DNA of 34,527 nt from an uncultured virus (IMG/VR IMGVR_UViG_3300035520_000158) (taxonomy: Duplodnaviria > Heunggongvirae > Uroviricota > Caudoviricetes > Crassvirales). The notes under the pieces are model-generated. The model was not told where the DNA came from. It worked only from the letters and a program-made list of their open reading frames with translations, and ran no database searches. A program made the position numbers and the translations under genes. Shown here in pieces: positions 28,101 through 34,527 of the stretch; the stretch's first letter is position 1; every line of letters begins with the position of its first letter. The stretch lies in the IMG/VR virus record IMGVR_UViG_3300035520_000158, one strand, 5' to 3'.

Positions 28101-29581
28101 ACTGTAGGACATAAAGCCCCTTGACATATACAAGCCCTTTCTGATATTGAAGGATATACTACTACAGGTCTTATTTTTATATAACCGGCAGCTAATAATT
28201 TATCTCTTAAACTTACTAAAGCTTCTTGATTTAAATCTAATTCAGCTACAGGTTTAGTAATAGTATTTGTAAATTCTGCATAAAAAGGATTTGTAACACT
28301 TTCATCTTCTAGATAAGGCATTTTATAAGTCCTTACAGCAGATGTATTTTGAGAATCTGTAAGATATATTACCTCAGACCATTTACCTGTTTTATGTTGA
28401 AATTGTACTCCTAATCTATAATACTCTAAGTATTTAAATATCCTAAGTTTATCTGATGAATATTTTAATTGACTTGAATATAAATAAGTACCCTTTAATT
28501 CATTTGATATTTCTATATCAGTTTCCTGAATAGTGTCCCATGTTATAGGGTTTTCTATTATATTGTCTTTATCATCTTCATTAATTAAAAGGAATAAGTT
28601 TCTTATTTCTTGTGCAGAAGCTACTTCAGATATTTGAGTATTTTTAGTTTCTATGTTACCTAAGAATAGTGTATTATCCTTTTGTTCCATAGTATATGCT
28701 GATAGAGTATCTCCACTTTTATATAATAATGTAGTAGCATCTATGGAGCTACCATTACCTGTATCAGTAATTGTTACGGAAGTTTCACCTTCAATATATC
28801 TATCTTCTACTATTCTACAATCAGGAGTTGAATCTTTAGTAGTTCTAAGAATTGAATATACTCTTACATAAGAAAATTCTGTATCTACATTATCAATAGT
28901 AATTTTAAATGTAAGAGAAGCATTTTCTTCAGGACTTCCTCCTCTTGTAGGTTTATCTATATAATATAATGGAGAATGATAAAATATAGCACTTTCTTGA
29001 CCATAGAGATTAAAGTAAGTACATACATATTGTATTACACCACAATTAAAAAATCCATTACCATTGTAATTCTTTTCTATAGTAACTTTTTCATATAATG
29101 TAAGTGAAGGTACAAAGTCAAAAGAGTTAGAATTAAATTTAGTATAATCACCTATGATATTAATAACTCTAGGTTGGTTTTCACCATCTGTCCAATATAC
29201 TTTAATAACATCTTCATTTTCAAAACTTACTAAAGTTTCTATTGGATTTGAAGTATTAAAACCTAAATTACCTCCAAATAATAAAGTAGAAGTTATATTA
29301 GATCCTTCTATTTTAAATCTATATATTTTATCATTACCATTATCATCTGTAGTAAATAATACATAGTATTCATTTATTACAGCTTGTCCTATAGGAATAC
29401 CTTCAAAAGTTATACCTGTATCTTTAGGCCCCTTTTCATTTGTTATACTTAAAAGTGTATTAGAATTTGTTGCCATTATTCTAATATTCTTATTCTCATA
29501 AGCATAATTTTTATTAAAGGCTGATACAGAATTATCTCTCTGCATTCCTACAGTTTTAAATTGTACTTGTGCAGCTTTCAT
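25169..29581 (-). CDS. Muzzle / tail stabilisation protein (1470 aa)
   Basis: N-terminal GMQRDNSVS..YAYENKNIRI..SITNEKG, KVYWTDGENQPRVINI, EGDTYYQRYD, C-terminal FSSFYSY and KFRTWRVNIPRD..DRMRNPW; beta-rich; typical crAss muzzle in typical position. Confidence 0.85.
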   Translation of the reverse strand: MKAAQVQFKTVGMQRDNSVSAFNKNYAYENKNIRIMATNSNTLLSITNEKGPKDTGITFEGIPIGQAVINEYYVLFTTDDNGNDKIYRFKIEGSNITSTLLFGGNLGFNTSNPIETLVSFENEDVIKVYWTDGENQPRVINIIGDYTKFNSNSFDFVPSLTLYEKVTIEKNYNGNGFFNCGVIQYVCTYFNLYGQESAIFYHSPLYYIDKPTRGGSPEENASLTFKITIDNVDTEFSYVRVYSILRTTKDSTPDCRIVEDRYIEGETSVTITDTGNGSSIDATTLLYKSGDTLSAYTMEQKDNTLFLGNIETKNTQISEVASAQEIRNLFLLINEDDKDNIIENPITWDTIQETDIEISNELKGTYLYSSQLKYSSDKLRIFKYLEYYRLGVQFQHKTGKWSEVIYLTDSQNTSAVRTYKMPYLEDESVTNPFYAEFTNTITKPVAELDLNQEALVSLRDKLLAAGYIKIRPVVVYPSISERACICQGALCPTVYFNPDREDNSPYVQSSWFFRPNAPYDIDSTSFSTINDPYVLGYESRKGFVTNGIYKLINVRDEKGNDYTVEDNDDNIVNDTSISEENQSFDQFFNFFPKGEWIEFRHNKKLPGNTEYNCEIQNYLHDSYYTTSSGKYKNVHFVDQSIVTLHSPDLEFEDSIGTLDLTHAKLRIIGVIPLTGNIFDKEITASSSVVPKYADDTTSSNTTRGFQKYGRNTIQNISPWGYRSIITGGFWQDGIFLEGAKSEDYTATSANYVVYPWQKSGSLMNYKAGTGSTVNTEFSILQYNRLSNLRFSYSSIYFTGEDNSYTFPNGIADVKYWGNDAQQVLRLTNPNENEDQIIYYGDVDRICPISDREFFLTVTSLGAKIYYNESVSHAGSYIANIGYDIDREVAGKPTFLTDTYQSNESSQPVRLQYKSSTHAVIVLNNTNDKQTILPTFYDYEEDGSIKTTGVNIAGSEYYQDVLTLPVDLYSKTKRTFGYGFLWLGELYRDVDKETIFGGTSEEAIVNNKWYIGGESINIEDIGKGEEGGDISIRWTEGDTYYQRYDHIKTYPSNLEQLNSVTEILSFMCETKVNLDGRYDTNRGLTSNFTTTPTNANKLNTVYSQDNNYYSYYTLNAHEINPTKFHNTLIWSLAKSSGNQTDTWAAITTASALELDGDKGELRALRRLNNDLIAFQDTGISQILYNETVQLATENGVPIEIANSGKVQGKRYLSNTVGCHNKWSLCKTPMGLYFIDDISKDLYLFSGQLENVSDSLGFHSWINANVEKAIWDPKNFKGFVSYYDKVNDDVFFISKDYCLAFSETLKQFSSFYSYENTPYFCDVDDIALWIKNNKLWIHNEGDYNYFFGNDATHYKPFYTEVIVNPDINEDKVFNTLEFRADTFDTNNKLLNTTFDQLEVWNEYQHAIEDLSFNRYKPSNLKQKFRTWRVNIPRDEANGKDRMRNPWLYLKLSKITPNKDKTILHDLLVQYYQ

Positions 29582-29583
29582 TA

Positions 29584-30306
29584 TTAATGACCTTTAATAT
29601 ATTCTTTAGTACCTAAATTTCTAAATCCATTTCTATGTTCTCTTACTCTTGGTATAAGAGTATTCCACATAGATGTTATAGACTCCATTTCATCTATTGA
29701 AGGTATTGTAAATTCACTATTTAATTCAGCAGCTAAATTAGCATATTGAGCTTGAGCATTACTTAATATTTGAGCAGTAATTTTACCCATATCAAATAAT
29801 ATAGTAAATGCTTCTACTTTTACATACTGTTTTAATGTTTCAATAAATAATGGATTATCTATTAGTAGAGGAAAACCATCTTCATCTACAGGTATAGCTT
29901 TATAGGATACTATTATTTCACCATGTTTAAAGGAAGTAAATATTACTCTACCTTGAGTTTTATAGCTTAAATCTTTTACTTGAGTAAATTCATAATCATG
30001 TGAATGTTCATGTTTATGAAAATTATCATGAGGATTAAAAGTATCTGTCATACTTCTTAAACAGATACCTGATTTAAGTTCTTTTACTTGATTTATAGAT
30101 ACTAAATCACAGGGCAATAGTCCCCTAAAATCTTTAATATCTACTTTAATTTCTTTATCAACATATATCTTGGGGAAGCCAAATTTTCTTATAAATACTA
30201 ACATATAAGAAACTACTTGCTCCAAGGTAACATCTGATAATAAAGGATGTCTATGTATTTCATCTAAGACCCTTCTTATATTTGTATATTCTATATTAGT
30301 TACCAT
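29584..30306 (-). CDS. Tail ring (tubular) protein, 240 aa
   Basis: LPCDL and SYKAIPVDEDGFPLLIDN motifs; directly upstream of muzzle (crAss001 gp43-like position); TAATAATG coupling to muzzle start. Confidence 0.8.
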   Translation of the reverse strand: MVTNIEYTNIRRVLDEIHRHPLLSDVTLEQVVSYMLVFIRKFGFPKIYVDKEIKVDIKDFRGLLPCDLVSINQVKELKSGICLRSMTDTFNPHDNFHKHEHSHDYEFTQVKDLSYKTQGRVIFTSFKHGEIIVSYKAIPVDEDGFPLLIDNPLFIETLKQYVKVEAFTILFDMGKITAQILSNAQAQYANLAAELNSEFTIPSIDEMESITSMWNTLIPRVREHRNGFRNLGTKEYIKGH

Positions 30307-30307
30307 G

Positions 30308-30844
30308 TTATATTAGTGCATCATAGTTAGTATTTAAAATAGCTTCTTTAAGCTTTTCTTTAATACACCTAGCGATTCTGAAATTAAACACGCTAGAATT
30401 AATATATATAGATTTGCTTTTTCTATAAATAACTTTAAATATTTCTTCATTTCTTTGTCTTATTAAAGTTTTATTTTTCTTAGATTCAGGATCCTCACAC
30501 CAGAGCTTTAAAGTTTCATTCCAATTAATAGGGTAGGTGTTTACTAATTTTCCATCCTTAAATTTCACATTTCCTTTACCTTTTGTAACTAAAAGTTCTC
30601 CCATTCCTAAAGGGAATTTTACACTACCTGTATTAATTAATGTACTGGCTAATTCTTGATTAATTAACCTAATCATTGTATAAAACTCATGCTCTGATAG
30701 AGGTCTTCCTATATTAAACCATTTATTCTTTCTTATGTATTTGTAAGCATCATATACACCATAAGAATTAGTAATAGTATGTTTTCTAGGTTTATCTAAT
30801 TTTAATATTTCTTTCTTAAAATCATTGAACTGCTGTGTTTGCAT
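30308..30844 (-). CDS. crAss IHF/HU-like DNA-binding protein (178 aa)
   Basis: Basic protein with GSVKFPLGMGELLV and FNFRIARCIKEKL resembling IHF/HU strands; between ring genes as in other crAss-like phages. Confidence 0.7.
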   Translation of the reverse strand: MQTQQFNDFKKEILKLDKPRKHTITNSYGVYDAYKYIRKNKWFNIGRPLSEHEFYTMIRLINQELASTLINTGSVKFPLGMGELLVTKGKGNVKFKDGKLVNTYPINWNETLKLWCEDPESKKNKTLIRQRNEEIFKVIYRKSKSIYINSSVFNFRIARCIKEKLKEAILNTNYDALI

Positions 30845-31559
30845 ATCTATTACTTAAATTTCTTCTAGCTGCTAATGTATTAGATGCTTGGTCATCATTA
30901 GCATTATTCTGTGTATCTTCTACTTGATATACAGAATTACCTATCTCTTTTACTATTAGCTCTATTAGAGGAGGTATTAAAGCTTCCTCTATAGAAAACT
31001 CCTTATCTAAAATGTCACAAGAAGTATTTTCATCAGAATCAGAATCACATGATAATTCTGCTGCTTCTTCAGCATCTTCAAATATTCCTGTAAACTGTAT
31101 TTTCTCTAAATAAAGGAATTGAGGATTAAAAGATTTCAGGTACAAATAACCATCTGGTCCTATAGAAGCATAAATAATATTCTGAAGGTATTTATTATAC
31201 CCAACATATTTCATTCTTTCTCTACTTACATAGGTTATTTCACCTTGATAATAATCTTCTGCAAATACTCTAGGATTACCAATACTTAATAAAGTAGGAA
31301 TCTTAGTCTTAGTCTTTAAATAAGAAGAATCACTACATAATTCTCCAGATATTGCAGGTACTTCTTCTACATCTAAACAAATAGTTTGATAATTACTTTC
31401 TGATATTTGTTTCTTTATATCAGCATATTTCTGTTTAAGTAGAAATGCTCTATACTTTGAAGCTAAAAATATAACGTGCTCTTCTGTAAAATAAGCATCA
31501 TCACTATTTAATTTTAGCTCATCTAGTACCATATATACTATTTCTCTATATGTACTCAT
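30822..31559 (-). CDS. Tail ring (tubular) protein, 245 aa
   Basis: MSTYREIVYMVLDELK..SDD..F, YQTICLD, GIFED, D..NNA.DD motifs typical of crAss ring proteins; overlaps next gene by 23 nt. Confidence 0.75.
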   Translation of the reverse strand: MSTYREIVYMVLDELKLNSDDAYFTEEHVIFLASKYRAFLLKQKYADIKKQISESNYQTICLDVEEVPAISGELCSDSSYLKTKTKIPTLLSIGNPRVFAEDYYQGEITYVSRERMKYVGYNKYLQNIIYASIGPDGYLYLKSFNPQFLYLEKIQFTGIFEDAEEAAELSCDSDSDENTSCDILDKEFSIEEALIPPLIELIVKEIGNSVYQVEDTQNNANDDQASNTLAARRNLSNRYANTAVQ

Positions 31560-31582
31560 AGTATTAAAATAATAATTCCTTA

Positions 31583-31613
31583 CAAATATAAAAAATAGTT
31601 TTTATATATGCAA
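31583..31613 (-). promoter_or_regulatory. Bacteroidota-type promoter for ring/IHF/muzzle operon, inside an inverted repeat
   Basis: On -: TTG (31613-31611), 20-nt spacer, TATATTTG (31590-31583); same geometry as the 25083-25113 element. Confidence 0.7.
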
Positions 31614-31644
31614 GGAAATTATAATAAATATATTTATATATTAT

Positions 31645-31929
31645 TCAATGTAATAAATCTTTCTTTAACCAAAACTTCTCTTTAAAGCCTTGTTGATGTC
31701 TTCCTTCAGGTATTTTATGATGAAGAACTAAATTATCAAATGTAGCTCTACTTACATGAAGAATACTACAAGCTTGATACTTACTAATCTTTTCTTCTTT
31801 ATTAGTTAAATCTCTAAGTGAAGTAACTAATACAGGAACTTCATCATCTGTTAGATCAAAACTTCCATCATCAATTCTGTGAATAAGATTGACTAACTCT
31901 TTTCTTAAAATAGAAACTAAAGTATTCAT
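31645..31929 (-). CDS. AlpA/excisionase-like HTH DNA-binding protein (94 aa)
   Basis: ISKYQACSILHVSRATFDNLVLHHKIPEG...FW matches the AlpA/Xis winged-HTH pattern. Confidence 0.8.
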   Translation of the reverse strand: MNTLVSILRKELVNLIHRIDDGSFDLTDDEVPVLVTSLRDLTNKEEKISKYQACSILHVSRATFDNLVLHHKIPEGRHQQGFKEKFWLKKDLLH

Positions 31930-31976
31930 AAATTAAAGTGTTTAAGTTAATAAATAAAATACATATATAATAAAAA

Positions 31977-32006
31977 GTAGTGCCTAGGATAATTCCTAAG
32001 CACTAC
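31977..32006 (-). terminator. Intrinsic terminator upstream of the HTH gene
   Basis: On -: GTAGTGCTTAGGA / ATTA / TCCTAGGCACTAC (13 bp incl. one U-G) followed by TTTTTATT. Confidence 0.85.
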
Positions 32007-32106
32007 AAACTTAAACAGTTTAATTAAATACTGGAAAAAACTGTCTATAAATCTATGGATTTATATATAAAATTATTACATTTTGTAACCTTTAAATTAC
32101 AAAATA

Positions 32107-32409
32107 TCAAGCTTTTGCTACAGAAACTGACCAAGCAGCACTCTTAATAGACTTAACAAAATCTTGAACTGCAACACCAACAGCAGCATTATCAGCTTCA
32201 ACATTTGAATAATTGATAGTATAACCATCATTATATTCAAAGGTTGCAACTTCATCCTCACCCTGCTTTACACTACCATTAGCAATACTTCTAGTTTTAC
32301 CATTTCTAGAAGTTACTTCAGCCTTAATAGCATAATCATTTACAGTTGCTTCTACAACAAATCTTGCAAGTTTTACTTCATTAACAGAAGTTTCAATAAT
32401 TGTTTCCAT
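32107..32409 (-). CDS. Hypothetical protein (100 aa), possibly tail-fibre associated
   Basis: Clean ORF starting 6 nt after the fibre gene stop; beta-strands then a helix; no recognised motif. Confidence 0.6.
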   Translation of the reverse strand: METIIETSVNEVKLARFVVEATVNDYAIKAEVTSRNGKTRSIANGSVKQGEDEVATFEYNDGYTINYSNVEADNAAVGVAVQDFVKSIKSAAWSVSVAKA

Positions 32410-32415
32410 TGTTTA

Positions 32416-34470
32416 TTACTTTAAATTGTTAATAATATTTTTAAGCTCATTAAGCTCAGCTTTAAGAGTTTCAAGTTCTGTTTTAAGAGTTTCATTCTCT
32501 TTCTTTAGTTCAACTACTTCTTTAGCAACAGTTGTAGCTGCACCTAATGCTAATCCACTATAATTAAGTGAAAGTTTACCTTCAGTTTCAACTACAGCTT
32601 TAGGACATACATCTTGCCAATATTGAGCTGAAGTACCTACAAATGTTACATCTTCACTGTCTTTATAACTAAATTCAAAGAATGGAGCATTAGCTATATC
32701 TTCTACTGATAGAGTAATATCATTTAGAATATTCTTATAACGAATATCTGAAGATGTTGTAATAGCTTTACTAGCTGTAATACTCTTGACAGCTGAAAGA
32801 GTTAATGTACCATTAGGTACATCTACTTTAAAATAAGTAGTTACTAATAAAGAATTTGAAGTATATTCACCTAATGTTATAATACCTTTAGTATTATATA
32901 GATTTGCATTATAGTTATGAAATGATATATAATTACTAGAACAAGTTCCTAATTCTGCGTAAGCAGCATCGTCGGAGCCATCATAAGTACACATGGCTAT
33001 AATAGTGCCGCAATCGTCCTGGTCAATATGTAATCTAGCTTCAGTATCACCTATGTTTATATAATCACTCTTTATAGTAGTTTTGTAATCACATTGAATA
33101 AATATATCATCGTGACCATTTATTATAATATTATTATCTGAGTCAGATACATTGATATAAGTACCATTTGTAATGCCTATGAAAATATCACCAGCATGAA
33201 CATACATAGTACCATTATAATCACTATTACCATCTAAATAAATGTGACTATCACCAGCATTAATACTTAAATTAGTTTCATCTTCTCCAGTACTATATCT
33301 AAAATTATATGTATCAGTTCCTATAAGTATTTTTTCAGCAGAAGGATATGATATATATTTTTTTCCTATATATATTTCAGGAGCTGTCATATATACATCG
33401 TCTGTAAACCCTCCTCTATAACCAAGTCCTTCACAGCATACCCAACATCCAGATATTAAATTTATATCATAGCTATCTGCAGAATATAAATAAACTCCAT
33501 CAGTATTAGACTTTATAATTGTTTCTAATTCTGAAGTAATATTTGCTATGTTACCACAATTTATAACAACATTATCTTCAGAATTTAGATATAAAGCAGC
33601 ATTAGCTGTTATAACTATATCATCTACAGCATCAATATACATTTGATTACCTGATGCAATATCTATATTATTATTTTCAGATGTTAGCATTAAGTCATCT
33701 ACAGCATATATATATACTTGGTCAGATAAACTATCTATTTTACCTACTTTTATATAATTACTACCAGATGTAAGATCTATTTGATTATTAGAATTTATAC
33801 TAGTAGTACTACTTGTTATAAGAGTTGTACCTGTTGTTATAGAAGTATTATTTCCTGAAATAAGAAAACTATTAACATTTGCAACAACAAATGATGAATT
33901 TGATTGTTCAAAAGTTACACCTGTTGGGGTGCAAACCTTAATACCATTTCCAGAATCTAATATTATTTCATTATATAAGTCTTTAATAGTTAATTTATTT
34001 GCTACACCATTTACAGTAGAGTCTATAGTTTTGCAATATAAATAATTCCATGCATTACTACCATTACCTAAATTACTAGTAGTATCTAGTGGAATTATAG
34101 TTTTAGCAATAACATTTTGTCCACTTAGATTAGTATAATAAATACTAGTAGCATAAATTTCAGACCATTCGTTAGTAGAAGTTCCTAGTGTAGTAGCACT
34201 ATCCATAGGAAGAACATAACCATTTAGTAATATACCTTTAGCAGCTAATACAACAGCATCTGGATTAACACTAATATTACTACCACCAGAAATACTTAAA
34301 CCAACTTCAGTATCACTAGTTATGACTTTAGTCCATGTATTTTCTTCAGCAAAAGCACCATTAAATATACTATTAAGAGCATCGTTTAATAATGCCCCTG
34401 TAATAGCATTTTTACCATTAGTAACAATCTTACCAATAGCTGTTGTAGCAGTATCTATTAAACTTGCCAT
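32416..34470 (-). CDS. Tail fibre/spike with C-terminal intramolecular chaperone (Peptidase_S74)
   Basis: N-terminal IVTNGKNAITGALLNDAL attachment-like motif; two P..S...LG...N.W..[IL]Y repeats; ~8-residue beta repeats; TSSDIRYKNI autocleavage motif (Ser at 32749-32751), VGTSAQ, LSLNY and terminal coiled coil. Confidence 0.85.
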   Translation of the reverse strand: MASLIDTATTAIGKIVTNGKNAITGALLNDALNSIFNGAFAEENTWTKVITSDTEVGLSISGGSNISVNPDAVVLAAKGILLNGYVLPMDSATTLGTSTNEWSEIYATSIYYTNLSGQNVIAKTIIPLDTTSNLGNGSNAWNYLYCKTIDSTVNGVANKLTIKDLYNEIILDSGNGIKVCTPTGVTFEQSNSSFVVANVNSFLISGNNTSITTGTTLITSSTTSINSNNQIDLTSGSNYIKVGKIDSLSDQVYIYAVDDLMLTSENNNIDIASGNQMYIDAVDDIVITANAALYLNSEDNVVINCGNIANITSELETIIKSNTDGVYLYSADSYDINLISGCWVCCEGLGYRGGFTDDVYMTAPEIYIGKKYISYPSAEKILIGTDTYNFRYSTGEDETNLSINAGDSHIYLDGNSDYNGTMYVHAGDIFIGITNGTYINVSDSDNNIIINGHDDIFIQCDYKTTIKSDYINIGDTEARLHIDQDDCGTIIAMCTYDGSDDAAYAELGTCSSNYISFHNYNANLYNTKGIITLGEYTSNSLLVTTYFKVDVPNGTLTLSAVKSITASKAITTSSDIRYKNILNDITLSVEDIANAPFFEFSYKDSEDVTFVGTSAQYWQDVCPKAVVETEGKLSLNYSGLALGAATTVAKEVVELKKENETLKTELETLKAELNELKNIINNLK

Positions 34471-34485
34471 AATTGTATATTTTAT

Positions 34486-34527
34486 TTATGAAAAATCATT
34501 ATTAAAATCAACATTAAAATCACCTGA
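34486..34527 (-). CDS. 3' end of an upstream virion gene (…SGDFNVDFNNDFS*), not in the ORF track
   Basis: Reverse strand from 34527 reads TCA GGT GAT TTT AAT GTT GAT TTT AAT AAT GAT TTT TCA TAA, ending 15 nt before the fibre ATG. Confidence 0.7.
   Translation of the reverse strand, partial: SGDFNVDFNNDFS

Noticed and set aside
19088..29366. Short + strand ORFs (19088, 20450, 27734, 28653, 29154)
   Set aside because: Antisense shadows inside cargo and muzzle genes, with no motifs or initiation context.
31645..31929. Xis-like protein as evidence of a prophage
   Set aside because: No integrase, att site or host genes in the window; the fold is also used by plain regulators.
1..34527. CRISPR array, tRNA, integrase, reverse transcriptase, active stop-codon recoding
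   Set aside because: Intergenic gaps are under 180 nt with no repeat-spacer or cloverleaf pattern; no such protein motifs seen; genes are intact under the standard code.

Overview
Very AT-rich (roughly 25-30% GC by eye), densely coding fragment of a crAss-like phage (Crassvirales, Bacteroidota host inferred), read in the standard genetic code. The + strand carries the 3' part of a giant virion RNA polymerase gene (open from the window edge, >3,690 aa, catalytic GSDFDVDK) and a 1289-aa ejection/cargo protein. These converge at a bidirectional terminator with the - strand virion module. In transcription order that module is: the last 13 codons of a gene ending in DFNxDFNxDF, a tail fibre/spike with a Peptidase_S74 chaperone, a 100-aa hypothetical, an AlpA/Xis-like HTH, ring protein, IHF-like protein, ring protein, muzzle, and three cargo proteins (631, 444, 2264 aa). 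Most notable: (1) the RNAP N-terminal third looks like a polyvalent array with a complete Pol-beta-fold nucleotidyltransferase motif set next to a degenerate zincin; (2) terminal cysteines on the giant cargo proteins; (3) a nested RNA structure that could occlude the HTH start; (4) two TTG-N20-TATATTTG promoters, one inside a palindrome. Family calls rest on motif recognition and synteny, not database searches.
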